Source: Camelus dromedarius (lineage: Eukaryota). Taken from it: a stretch of DNA of 64,000 nucleotides. The notes beneath the pieces are model-generated. The model made no database searches. It saw only the letters and a list, made by a program, of their open reading frames with translations, and was not told the origin of the DNA. Position numbers and translations under genes: made by a program. Of the stretch, positions 27,602 to 39,451 are shown piece by piece. Location of the stretch: assembly GCF_036321535.1 (NCBI RefSeq), contig NC_087459.1, positions 28,954,001-29,018,000 on the forward strand. The letters are read 5' to 3'. Within the stretch, counting starts at the first letter, position 1; each line of letters opens with the position of its first letter.

Positions 27602-30127
27602 ATGGCTGCGGTTGTGAGGTTTTTCCGATGGATTTGGCGCAAGATTAGTCGCTGGGTGAGTTTCAGAGACTGCCTCTTCCTCTTGACATGCTGGGGTGAG
27701 CAATACTGGTCCATGACCTTTAGATCACAGAACCCCATCCCCCACTCCCTCACCTGGCCTCCCTCTCCTCCTGGCCTCCTGTGGCCAAACAAGACGGGGA
27801 AGGAGGAGGTGAGGGACAGGACTATCGGGGAGGAGGCCAGGACAGTCACTGCCCCTTCTCCTCTGGGTCTTCTCTTCTGCTCACTGTTGTCTCTTGATCT
27901 GCCCCCTCTCCTGTCTCTCCTTGTCTTAGCTTTTCTTCTGGAAACACAAAGCTAAGTCAACCGTCATAGAACACACTGATTCCAAGAAAAATGTTTCGAA
28001 GGTAGATAAGGCTTCCAAGGTGGTTGAGACTTTGAAGTTGGTTGAGCCCGCCAAAGAGGCTAAGGCCTCCAAGATGGATGTGTCCCCCAAAGTGGCTGAT
28101 CCCTGCACGTTGGCCAAGACCACCACGGATGGAGCTGCGGTGGAAGCAGGCCAAGGGAGAAGATCGCTGTTGCAGCTGCCACAGACTGCTGTCAAATCCG
28201 TCTCCGCGCTCATGGTCTCAGCCCTGCAGTCTGGCTGGCAGATGTGCAGCTGGAAGGTCAGCACCATAACTCCTTGTCCCCAACAGCCCTCCCACCCCCC
28301 CATCTCCCATCACTCATTCATGCTGGTCAGAGTATCAAATGGTGTGGTCACTCTGGAAAAACAGTTTGGTTGGTTCTTATAAAACTAAACCTACAATTAT
28401 CATATGGCCCAGTGAGTGTACTCTTGGGTGTTTATCCCCAGATATATGAGATTTTACGTTCACACAAAAATCTGGATTTGAATGGTTATAGCAGCTTTGT
28501 TCATCACAGTCCAAACCAACCCAAATGTCCTTCAGTGGGTGGATGGTTAAACTGTGATAATCCATACCGTGGAATGCTTCTCCGCCATAAAAAGGGACAA
28601 ACTGCAACAACTTGGATGGATCTCAAAGGAATTATGCTGAGTGAAAACCACCAGTCCCCAAAGGTTATAGATCGTATGATTCTATTTATATTATATACCA
28701 TTCTTGCAATAACAAAATGATAGAAGTGAGCTCCAATTAGTGGTTTAGTGGTCGCCAGGGGCTGCGTGCGGAGGGGGAGAGAGGGGAGGTGAGTTGGTTA
28801 CAAATGGGCAACATGAGGAATCTTTGTGTTGCTGTAAATCTCCTGTGTCTTGAATATGGCAGTTAGATACATGAACCTGCACATGTGATATAAAATTGGG
28901 TAGAATTCAACACACGTGCACACACACACACACAAAGTACAAAGTAAAACTGGGAAATAGGAATACATTCAGATCAGTGTATTGTATTGATGTCAGTATC
29001 CTCTGATATTGTACTAGAGTTTTGAAAGATTTTACTTTGGGGGAAATGGTTAAAGAGTATACACAAACTCTATTATTTCTCACAACTGCATGTCGATCAA
29101 TAATTATCTCCAAGTCACAATTTTCATTTTAAAAAGGGAAGGTCTAGATCACTGCCAAGTAAGCTTATTTGGCCTTGAATAAAGTACTACTGCATTACCA
29201 ATAATTTTCAAAAGTTTACCTGACTGCCCTGTGGAGGGAAGTCAGAAGGGGCCAAGATGAGACAGGCAGGAGGATCCATTGGAGGTGTTGCAGGCCAGGC
29301 TCAGAGGAAAGAATGTTCTGGATGGGGAGAGAGGCACCAGGTAGAACAAGTTAATGGATCAGAGCGATATTTAAAAGGTGGAATTGTTGTACTGGGTGGT
29401 TGATTGGGTGACAGTGAGGGGAGAGGGAGAGACAGAAGTCAGAGCAGGATGGAGACATTCACTGAGAGCAGGGGCAGACTTAGGGGAGAAAGTGACACGT
29501 TTAGGGTGGACATCTGCAGGGAGATGTCTAGGAGGCAGTGGGATATACAGGCCTGGAGGTCAGGAGAGAGCTTTGGGTTGGAGACAGAGGTCAGGGTGAC
29601 CTTTATTTTGATATGCTCTCCATGGAACCCTGGTGGGGACTCAGACAAGGTCCCTGTCTTCCAGAAGGTTGTATTCTTCTATTGAAAACATGAATCTACA
29701 GAACAAATAATGTAGAAAATGTGGTATGGGTGAACACAAGAGTAGAGACAGCCCAAGAAGGCTTCCCGGAGGAGGCAGTGCCAAGCTGAGGCCTGACAGA
29801 GGAGGTGGAATTAGAAAAACCTTTGCTGTTTATCTGCAGGTGGTTCCACCAGCACCATGCTATTCATGTGTGCTTATCTTCTCTCTTTCACAGTCATCCG
29901 TGAGTTCTACCTCAGTTGCCTCCCAAATGAAGACTGGATCCCCTTTGGAGTCGCGGGAGGCTGAGATGCTACGGGAAGTGTACTTGGTGCTGTGGGCCAT
30001 TCGGAAACAACTGCGGCAGCTGGCCCGCAGGCAGGAGAGGCGGCGAAGGCGCTACATCCGGGCCCACACTTGCTCCCAAACTGACCCAGTTCAGGGCCTG
30101 AAACAGGATGCCCGGAGTCCTCTCTAG
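27602..30127 (+). CDS. SPACDR: Sperm acrosome developmental regulator (C7orf61 orthologue, 204 aa); exons 27602-27655, 27930-28256, 29894-30127
   Basis: MAAVVRFFRWIWRKISRW|LFFWKHK...SLLQLPQTAVKSVSALMVSALQSGWQMCSWK|SSVSS...EVYLVLWAIRKQL... matches the recalled human C7orf61. GT-AG junctions, all phase 0, and syntenic position. Confidence 0.92.
28330..29130 (+). mobile_element. L1 (L1MB/MC-like) 3' fragment in SPACDR intron 2
   Basis: ctggaaaaacagtttggttggttcttataaaactaaac...ccaaatgtccttcagtggg...tggatggatctcaaaggaattatgctgagtgaaa. Confidence 0.75.
29200..29600 (-). mobile_element. L2 fragment
   Basis: ggagatgtctaggaggcagtgggatatacaggcctggaggtcaggagag is a typical antisense L2 phrase. Confidence 0.5.
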
Positions 30128-30332
30128 GGGAGCCCCACATCCTCAGAAAGCCCCCACCTCACTCTTAGGTAAGGTTGGAACAGAAGTCAGGGCAGCAGTC
30201 CAGGAGTTGTGAGTGAGGAGAAGTGTTCATTACTGTCACCTCTCATCAGGACCCCAAGGCCTGGCCTGGGGTCCCACATACTCCCCTTCATTCCTTTTAT
30301 TCAGTTTGTAAAAAATTATCAAAATGTTGGGA

Positions 30333-30338
30333 AATAAA
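30333..30338 (+). terminator. SPACDR poly(A) signal AATAAA
   Basis: First canonical hexamer after the SPACDR stop, followed by GT-rich sequence. Confidence 0.7.
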
Positions 30339-30539
30339 TTTCAGGTATTTCTGAGTAGATGTAGAGTGTGTTTGTGGATGGCCAGAGGCAAGCAGGGGAA
30401 CTTGGGTGGCACAGGGAGGAGCACCTGAGGTGGTGGCCCAGATATGAATGGGAGTAACTTCTGCGCCTGCTGTTGGGGGGGTGGGGGTGGCGGGGAGGGT
30501 CAAATGGCCAGGCTTTGGGCTCACGCACACTTCTAGGGG

Positions 30540-31041
30540 CCGAACTGCCGTTGGCCAATCAGCCCGGCCAGTCACGACAGCATCAGCACCGACCGGTTCA
30601 TTGGTTGGGTACCAGGTGCCGAGCCCGCGCTCTCCCTGGAAATCCTACAACAGACTGTTGTAGATGTTACGGGACTTGTCCAAGACCCCACGGCGAACAA
30701 GACCTCGCTGGAAACTTCGTCTCCGAAGCCAACCCACTGCCCGGCCTCTCTGGCGCTCTTGGGCTCAGCCATGGAGAGGGTCAGTGTCTTCCACGTGGCG
30801 GCCGCCGACTCTCATCAGGCTGTGCGAGCCCCGCCCCCGCCGAGAGCGGCCAAAAACTACACCTCCCAGGGTTCCCGGCGGCGGGGCGGGGCCGCGGGGC
30901 AGAAGGCGAGGGCGGGGGCCCTGGGGTCGCGGTCGGAGGAATCGGAAGGATTTTCGTCTGGCCCCGTGGGACCAGCGGCCGGGCGTGAGGCGCTGGCGAT
31001 CTGGAGGGAGGTTCGGGGGCGGGGGTCAACACGAGGTGAGA
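30540..31041. promoter_or_regulatory. Orphan CpG-island promoter-like element
   Basis: CCAAT 30555-30559, ATTGG 30600-30604, CACGTG 30792-30797, GC boxes, ZNF143-type AACTACACCTCCCAG 30855-30869, and + strand donor GAG|GTGAGA at 31035/31036. Confidence 0.65.
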
Positions 31042-31784
31042 CCGTGGGGCCTCAAGTCCCCTCTCTGGCTTAGCCTGACCTCTTGCCAGGCTACGCAAAG
31101 GCGCAGAGGTGGCTCCGCAAGGAAAAGCAGAGCTATTTCACAAGACGGCAAAATTCGGGGATGTCAGAGTTCATAAAGCTTGGAGGTGTGGGGAGGAGCG
31201 AGCGTTAGCATCAGGACCGAGCCTAGGGGGCAGCAGAGGCCCCGGGAGCGGAGGAGGGATGAGTGTGCCGATGGGTCTTGCTCCCAGAGAGGTTAGTTTG
31301 AGTAGCAGGCGGTGGGCGCTAGTAAAGCTGGGGGCCAGTGAAGAGCAACAGGGATGGTTTGCTGGAAGGACTCAGTATATTAGAGAAGTCAGCAAACTCT
31401 CCCCTACCCCCCACCCCAACCCCCGTCTCTCTCCCACCCGCAGCTCTGGCCTAGTTGGGCCCCATTGCTGGGATTTGGGGTGGCTTATCCCCAAAGCCCT
31501 GAGCAGCATGGGGGCTGCCCCGCCCTACACCCTACAGCTCTGCTACCCTGAGCCTGTTGGCTGTACACCACAGAGCAACATCATCCACCACTTATGAAAC
31601 CCCCACTGAGACTACGTTTGTGTTTTGTTCTAAGTAATTCTCACACAATGGCTTTCTGATGAAGAATTATCACTTCCATTTTTTAAAGAGGAAAACTGAG
31701 GGACAGGAAGGTCATGTTTATGGTTGTGCAGCTTTCATCCATCAAACAAATGAGTCTTGCTCACACAGGACATGCTACATACAC

Positions 31785-31788
<4 letters not shown>

Positions 31789-31832
<44 letters not shown>
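31789..31832. repeat. (CA)22 microsatellite
   Basis: Directly visible. Confidence 0.95.
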
Positions 31833-31834
<2 letters not shown>

Positions 31835-33309
31835 CGTGTTATGTAGCAGGTGTTCCATTCCTTCTCTAGGAATCTGTCCTGAGTTTAACCTGAAGCCAGG
31901 CAGGGTCTCAAAACATTCTAATACACAGGGGCTCAATTCTGGGACGTTCGGTCACCACTTATTCACCACATTTCCATTATGTGTCAGGAACTTTTCTGGG
32001 GCCAAACAGGCAATGCAGGGTCAGTGTCCCAGGAAGCCTGGGGGTTTAATGGCTCCCAGGGCTATGGAGTATGGCCTTACTGCCTAAGATCCAGAATCAG
32101 CCCCTCCAAGTCCTTAGAGGTGTGCTTTTCTTCCTTGGGGACCTAAGATTTCAGTGAGAGTTGGGTAGGGCAGTGTGAAGGCTGAGCCGCCCTGAGGGTC
32201 ACTGGTAAACAGCCTTGCAAGTAGCAACAGATCCAGGAGCCAATGGGCTTGAGGCTGTGGGCTTAGGAGAAGGAATACTGCTTCCATTCTTCTTTGGCTT
32301 CTTCAGCATCTTGGGAACAGGAGGGGAGGAAAGAAAGAAGGTGAGTTCAGCCAGCAGCTCCACAGCCCAGGGAGCTGCTGGCACCTCCCACCGTCTCTTG
32401 CTCCCCAGACATGATGGAGTCCTGTCTGGGCTTGGCCAAGCGGGGGCAGGAGACGTGGGAGAGACAAAGGGCCAGGGTGGAGGGGGAAAGTCCACAGAAC
32501 TTGCTTTTCCTAAATTTCTCAGTGCACCCAGGTGGCCACCTTTCTCCCCATCCTAAGTAATCCAGTCCAGAGCCCTGGCCTGTGTTGGGACGTGAGGAAG
32601 AACTTCCCAACTGGGAGGAAAACATAGGCTCTCCTGGGGTGGAGATTTGTGGTGATGGTGGGGGGAGGAATCTTACCCACCCAGCCCTTTCTGGTGGAGA
32701 GCAGTGAGGGACAGTGTGACCCCTGGGGAAATCTGCCTCCTGATGACAAACTTGAGCAAAAATCCCGTCTTGGACACCTTCCCCCCCTGTCCCCGTCAGG
32801 CCCCAGGCACTTCCCCTCCCTCAAGGCTGCTGGACTCCACGGGGCAGAAGTGGTAAGACTATGGGTGAGGAAGAGTACTGGTCACAGGTCCCCCTGCTCT
32901 ATTCTCAGTCCTGCCCCCTCTCCCCTCTCCCCTTTCATAATCAGATTTCCTGAAAATTTCAGATCTCTTCTGCTTTCCCCCAGGAATCCCCCTACAATCT
33001 ATTCATCACAGAGCGAAACCTGTCACTCCCCTGCTTAAACCTTCCATCACCCTTGGGAAAAAACCAAACTGTCCCCTTTGTCTAAAATGCCCCTCTCTCA
33101 GATCTTGGCATGGAGGGTTCCTTGCCCCTCTGGAGTCTGTACAGATGTCATTACATCTTCGTGGACTCTTTCCCTGACCACCTGACCTAGAGATTGGGAG
33201 ACAGCCGCTGTCAAGATCGTCCTCTATCTCTCACCATGCTTTATATTTTCTTAGTACTTAGCAGGGTCTGAAATTATCATACTGATTTGTTTACCAGTAT
33301 ACTTGGGTA

Positions 33310-33530
33310 GCAGCAGTGGAATGCAGTAGTTAAGAGCGTGGGAAGTGGTTTAAACTAACACTTCCTGGATGTGTAAGCTTGGGTAAATTGGTTAACCTCT
33401 CTGAGCCTCGGTTTTCTCATTTGTAAAGTGGGCATGGTAGTAGTACCCGTGTCCTACCTAGGTCTGTTGTGAAGGTCAGGGAGACGGTGCCTGGCATACC
33501 AGAAGGACTCCGTAAATGTGAGCTGCTATT
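33310..33530 (+). mobile_element. MIR
   Basis: gcagtagttaagagcgtggg...aacctctctgagcctcggttttctcatttgtaaagtggg. Confidence 0.75.
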
Positions 33531-34281
33531 ATTGTGCGAGTGGTTGTGATCTGCGGGTTATGATTACTCTCTCCATGGCCTCAAACAGTGCTGAGTGAAC
33601 CAGAAGGTAAACCTTCACCTTGTGTGTGGGGTGCACCCTCCAAACAGCTGTCTCGTGGAGGGGACACCACTTGGAAGTGACAAAGAATGTGTTGTGCAGT
33701 GAGGAGCAGGACGAGCACTTGAGACAGTCAGGCGACCCTGGTCGTGGTCTCAATATTGGTATCACTACTGCGGGACTCCACTGAGTCCCTTTCCTTCCTC
33801 AGAGACTCTTCAAATATAATGATGTAATCTGCGCCCTGCCAGGGTCCAGGGGCTCCAGTTGGGCCCAGTGCTTCCTTATCCACTGCACACTCTTCAGGGT
33901 TGGGGACGCATGGTGCCTCCAACTCCCTCAGCTCGGCTTCCTGACAGTTCAAAGCTGCCACAGAGAGAGTTGACCGGGGTGAAATATTCTCGGTTTAAGC
34001 CTTTGAACCCAGAGACAAAGTTCCAGTCCTGGACACCGGATCTTCTTTCTACTCATGTTCTTCCCTCCCCTTCAGCCTCATCCACTTTTGTATTTGAGCC
34101 CCGCAGAGGAGAGCCAGCCCTGCCGCGGGGTGGGCACAGGCATGGAGGCCTTGGCCTCAGAGTGATTCAGACATGCAGTCAGGGTGCGTGTACAGTGGGG
34201 AGTACACAGATGCCTGAGTGAACCTGTGGGTCTCTGTAGTTTTAACTTGTTCCTGCTTTCCTCGCAGTAGCAGGACTGAGA

Positions 34282-34398
34282 TTTTTAATAGAGGTGATTA
34301 GGTTTTTATTTATTTATTTTTAATAGAGGTACTGGGTCTTGAACCTGGGACCTTGTGCATGCTAAGCTTGTACTCTACCACTGTGCTATACCCTCCCC
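34282..34398 (-). mobile_element. tRNA-Ala-derived SINE (camelid Vic-1-like)
   Basis: The reverse complement resembles GGGGAGGGTATAGCTCAGTGGTAGAG...CTTAGCATGCACAAGGTCCCAGGTTCAA...CAGTACCTC, followed by an (AAAT)n tail. Confidence 0.8.
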
Positions 34399-35309
34399 GC
34401 CCAGAACTGAGATTAATCAGAGGAAAAGACCGTAGGATGGTACGGCTGGTATTCTCTATGTTCTGCCTGAGGGAAGAAGTCGCCTGTCAAATGAGATGTT
34501 AGTCTCTAGGACTGTTGTGGGGCTAGCTTCCTTTGTCTGCCCTGCCCCCAACCCCAAGATATGGCCATTGTTCACCAGGCCTTGGGGAGGAGGGAGATGG
34601 GAGGGGAGCACCTGGGGGACTCAGAGGGCTAGAGCCTTCCCAAGGGACCAGGAAGGCTGCAGGCCTGGGAGCAGGTATTGCTGGTGGTGGCCTCATACTG
34701 AGTCCTTTGTCCCCTGGGTCATTGCTGCCAGATTTGCAGAACTGCCCACTCCGTGCTGGAGCTGCCAGTCTGCTCACTGGGTCAGTCTGGGGGACTGGGC
34801 AGACAGCTGACAAAATCTCCAAGGGGGAGATGGACTAAGGCAGGGGGCCTCCTCTTCCATTCTCAGTCCTCTTTGTTTGCAGAAGCTGAGCCCATCTGCC
34901 CCACACCTGTCTCCCAGCTCACCTGGGATGCAGTGTCTGTCTCCACGTTAAAGCTGAGGCATGGCCTTCTGCCTGTTTCCCTTTCCCTCAGTGCCTCCTG
35001 GAGCGGGTGGCTGTAGAGAGGCAGGTGTTAGAAGGCGAGGCTTGGTCTTTTTGTGTTGAAGGAGGAGTCTGCGCCTTGTGCAATGAGGTGTGGCATGGGC
35101 TGGGCTTGCCCAAGCTGGGGCAGAGAGGCCGTTGAAAACGCTGGTGCCTGGGGTATGGGGAGGTCTGCATCACCCTTCTGCAGTTTTCTCTCCTCTCCTC
35201 TAAGTTTCGGACCCATTTGTTTTTCCTTTATTGTTTATATGTGCTGACAAACTTTTGTCCTGGGCTGTGGGTCTTTTCTAGAGACCCACAGATTTTCATA
35301 TGGAGTTTA

Positions 35310-35520
35310 AGAGCTTTCATTCTAAAGCCAGACTGCTGGACTTTGAATCCTGGCTCTACCACTTACTAGCTGTATGGCCCTGGGCCAGTTCTTAACTCTC
35401 TGTGCCTTAGTGCCTCACCTGTAAAATGGAGAGGACATAGGATTATTGTGAGGATTTAATGAGTTAATGCATCCAAAAACTTAGAATAGTACTTGCCACA
35501 TATTACATACTGTATACATG
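35310..35520 (+). mobile_element. MIR
   Basis: ttgaatcctggctctaccacttactagctgt...cctcacctgtaaaatggag. Confidence 0.75.
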
Positions 35521-35589
35521 TTTGGATTTGCTATTATTCCTTTGATGTCTAGAAGTTCTTTTTACGTAAAGGACATTAGCCCTTTATGA

Positions 35590-37910
35590 GTGGCAAATAT
35601 TTTAACACAGTCCTCTGTTTTCTTTTTTTTTTTTTTAACTTTTTATTTTGAAATAATGTGGATTCACATGCAATCGTCCAAAATAATACAGAGCTCTTGT
35701 ATACCCTTCATCCAGTTTCCTTCAGTGATAACATCTTGCATAACTATAGTACAATTTCACCACCACAAAATTGACATTAATGCGACCCACTGACCTTATT
35801 CAGATTCACCCATTTTACATGTCCTTATTTGTATGTGCCTGTGTGTGCATATTTAGTTCCTTGTAATTTTATGACTTGTAGATTTGTGACCACCACCGCC
35901 ACATACAAGATCCAGAACAGTTCCATCAGAGGGATATCTTGTGCTACACTTTGATAGCCTTCACCGCTTCTTTCCCTCTCCCCTCCCTAATTTTTGGCAA
36001 CTACTAACCTGTTTTCCCTTTCTATAATTTTGTCATTTCAAGAATATAAGTGGAGTTATATAAGTGGAGTTGTAGAGTTGATAGCCTTTTGGGGTTGCCT
36101 TTATTTTCATACAACATAATTCCCTTGAAATTCATCCAAGTTGTTGCATGTATCAGAAGCATGGTCCTTTTTTGTTTTCGTTTTCGTTTTGGTGGGGGAA
36201 GAGGTAATTAAGTTTACTTATTTATTTACTTATTTTAACGGAGGTACTTACTGGGGATTGAAACTGGGACCTTGTGCATGCTAAGCGTACACTCTACCAC
36301 TAAGCTATACCCTCCCCCACCATGTTTTATTGGTGAGTAGTATTCCAAGGTATGGATGATCCACAGTTTGTTTAACCAGCCATTGAAGGACATTTGGGGG
36401 CTCTTACAGATAAAGCTTGTAGGGACATTTGTGTACAGATGATTTTTGTGTAAGTTTTCATTTCATGCCCAAGGGTGCAATGGATGGGTCATAAGCTAAG
36501 TGCATGTTTCATTTTGTAAGAAACTGCCATACTCTTTTCCAGAGCAGCTGGACCATTTTACGTTCCTGCCATCAGTGTGNNNNNNNNNNNNNNNNNNNNN
36601 NNNNNNNNNNNNNNNNNNNNNNNNNNNNNNNNNNNNNNNNNNNNNNNNNNNNNNNNNNNNNNNNNNNNNNNNNNNNNNNNNNNNNNNNNNNNNNNNNNNN
36701 NNNNNNNNNNNNNNNNNNNNNNNNNNNNNNNNNNNNNNNNNNNNNNNNNNNNNNNNNNNNNNNNNNNNNNNNNNNNNNNNNNNNNNNNGCCTGTATTTTA
36801 ATTGGATTGTTTGTTGTTGTTTTTAGAGTTTTGCAAGTTTAAAAAAATATTCTAGATATATATAAGTACTTTGTTGGAGATATCATTTCCAAATATGTTC
36901 TCCCAGTCTATAGCTGTCATTTCTTTCTCATGGCAGGGTCTTTCACAAAGTATAAATTTTTTATTTTGATGAGGTCCAATTTATCAAGTTTTCCTTTTAT
37001 GGGTTGCGTCTTTGGTGTCAAGTCTAAGAACTCTTCCCCTAGCTATAGGTTCTGAAGATTTTTGTCTATTTTTTCCCCTGCATTTTCTAATTTTACACTG
37101 AAGTCTGTGGTACGTTTTTTAAAATTGAAGTATAGTCGATTTACAATGTTGTGTCAGTCTCTGGTGTACAGCACGGTGATTCAGTTATACACACACATAT
37201 ATATATTCTTTTTCATTATAGGTTACTATAAGATATTGAATATAATTCCCTGTGCTATACAGTAAGGCTTTGTTGTTTGAACTCTCTGATATATTTGGAG
37301 TTAATTTTTGTATAAGGTATGAGATTTAGGGCAACGTTCATTTTTTTGGTTATGGATGTGCAATTGTTCCAGCACCATTTATTGAAAAGGTCATCCTTTT
37401 GTCACTGAATTCCTTTCGGGCCTTTGTCAAAAATCAGTTGGGCATATCTGTGTGGGTCTGTGGATCTAATTTCTGAGTTCTCTGTCTGTCCCATTGATCA
37501 ACGTGTCTGTCCCTTGCTAATACCTCCCTCTCTTGATTACTGTAATGAGCCCTAACATTGAGTAGCGTGATTCTTCCCACTTTATTCTTCTTTGCAAAAA
37601 TTGTTTTAACTGTTATTTTATTATTTTTCAAATATACAATACAGTGTTATTAACTATAGTCACCATGCTGTACATGACATCCCCAGGACGTGTTTATTCT
37701 ATAACTGGAAGTCTGTGCCTTTTGACCACCTTCACCCATTTTGCCCATCCCCTGTTGTCCCACCTCTGGCAACCACCAATCTGTTCTTTGTATCTATGAG
37801 TTCGTTTTATTACTGTTATTATTCTACATATAAGTGAGATCATACGATATTTGTTTTTCTCTGTCTGACTTATTTTACTTAGCATAATGCCTTCAAGGTC
37901 CATCCATGTT
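35590..37910 (-). mobile_element. Nested L1 fragments (old L1M with younger L1 3' ends at about 37100-37290 and 37620-37910); contains N gap 36580-36788
   Basis: Antisense L1 ORF2/3'UTR phrases throughout (e.g. caattgttccagcaccatttattgaaaagg; cttagcataatgccttcaaggtccatccatgttg). Confidence 0.8.
36168..36318 (-). mobile_element. tRNA-Ala-derived SINE (camelid Vic-1-like) nested in L1
   Basis: Same consensus as the copy at 34282, with an extended composite A-rich tail. Confidence 0.8.
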
Positions 37911-38945
37911 GACCTGCCCACTTGATGACTTCAGCATTGGCTTCAAGGTTCAGACTCCCTCCCTTTGGGGTCCTGTCTCTGGCTCCCCTACTGTGCTCCC
38001 TCTCCGGGCTGTGCTCTCTTCCCCAAGAGGACCTTTAAGGCCCAGGAGCCAGTGAGGAGAGGCAGAGGAGAATGCGCACGGCCCCAGGAGGCTGCCGACC
38101 CCCTGACGCAGGTTCACTCTGCAAACATGGGAGTTGGGTGACAAGGGAGAAACCTGGGTCTGAAGTGGACAGGAGCAGGAAGTCACAGGTGGGACACCTC
38201 AGCCCTAACAGCCCACCTAGATTTGTTACTTTCCTCACCACACTGTCCTACCCCTGAGGGACCCACTGAAATGTGCTTCTCAACCCCCAACCCCGTCAAC
38301 AGCTGTGGCTTGATCTGTGCGTCCCTGACCCTAAGGACTGGCTTCCGTCTGGGATCTATCTGGGCAAAACCTCCAGGCAGCACTGACAAGGTACCTGAGC
38401 ACCTGTGTGATACCACCTCTCCTTTCTCTTCTCAGGACCTGGTGGTCCTACCTCTCTCCTGCTCTTCCTGTGGCATCCAAGTATCCTCCTTTCTGCTAGT
38501 CCCAGGTGATCTATCCAGAAAACTCTTTCTGGAGCCAGAGCAAAGTCAGGGGAACTTCCACTCCTAATGTGAAGGAAAGAGCGGTCAGGACCACATGATG
38601 AGTGGGTTTCTCTGTCCTCTCTTCATGCACTCTCTGGGCAGAAAAACTGGTACGCAGTTGTCCACCAAGTTCACTTTCTGCTGGGCTACCCAGACCCTGC
38701 CTGCAGTCCCCTCTATCTTTCTGGCCCCAAACCAACCCAGCCTCAACCCTTTGTTGCCAGAGTAACAGCCTTTCTTCTGCCTGGGATGCCAGCGGGGAAT
38801 CTACTGGGCACTGGGGATTTTCTCAGGTTGAAGGACTGACACCGTGTGTGTAGGGGGCTAGGTCTCAATTCCTAGGGCTCTGCCAGCAGCCTAGGTTTCC
38901 ACAGACTCTGTGTCTAAGGTCTCGGTTTCCTGAGCACCTGTCCTG

Positions 38946-38959
38946 GTTGCCATGGCAAC
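38946..38959. promoter_or_regulatory. Perfect palindromic RFX X-box
   Basis: GTTGCCATGGCAAC, with ATTGG at 38979-38983. Confidence 0.6.
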
Positions 38960-39451
38960 TGTGCACTAGCCGAGCATGATTGGTAACCAGCTGTGTGGCC
39001 ACCCCCAGAACCTTAAGATCTTGGAGGCCACCAGATGGGCATGACTGAACATAGACCTTCCCCATCAGGGAAGGTCTGTCACACAACAGGACCTCTCCAC
39101 GGTCACCCCAACCCCTGTGCTGTCATGGCTTCCCCTTCCTTCTCCCCGACAGAGCGACCTGCACCCAGTCATCCTCTATAATCCCAACACCAGGCTCCCT
39201 TCCCCAATGCCTCCAACACCTGTCTCCCACCATGCCCACCCTTTCTCCTCCTGCCTTCACCCCAGTTTCCCTTGGAGCCTGGAGAAGCCTTCAAAGGAAG
39301 AAATGGCCCTTCATGGCTAGATCCTTCCCACAACAGGGCCTCCAATCCCAGCCCCCCAGGAACAGAGGTACCACCAAGGTGAAGGTGTGAGCGAGATCCT
39401 GGGGGACACAGTGGACTGAGCCTGACGTGCGGCCCAGATCTTTCCCCCAGC

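Noticed and set aside
32199-32740. Splice-like signals and short ORFs on both strands (68-nt mini-intron on +, two-exon chain on -)
   Set aside because: Signals conflict between strands and the peptides match nothing I recognise; insufficient support.
33529-33961. Two adjacent minus-strand ORFs suggesting a decayed coding exon
   Set aside because: No recognisable domain in any of the frames I translated; may be an old unclassified repeat. A translated homology search would be needed.
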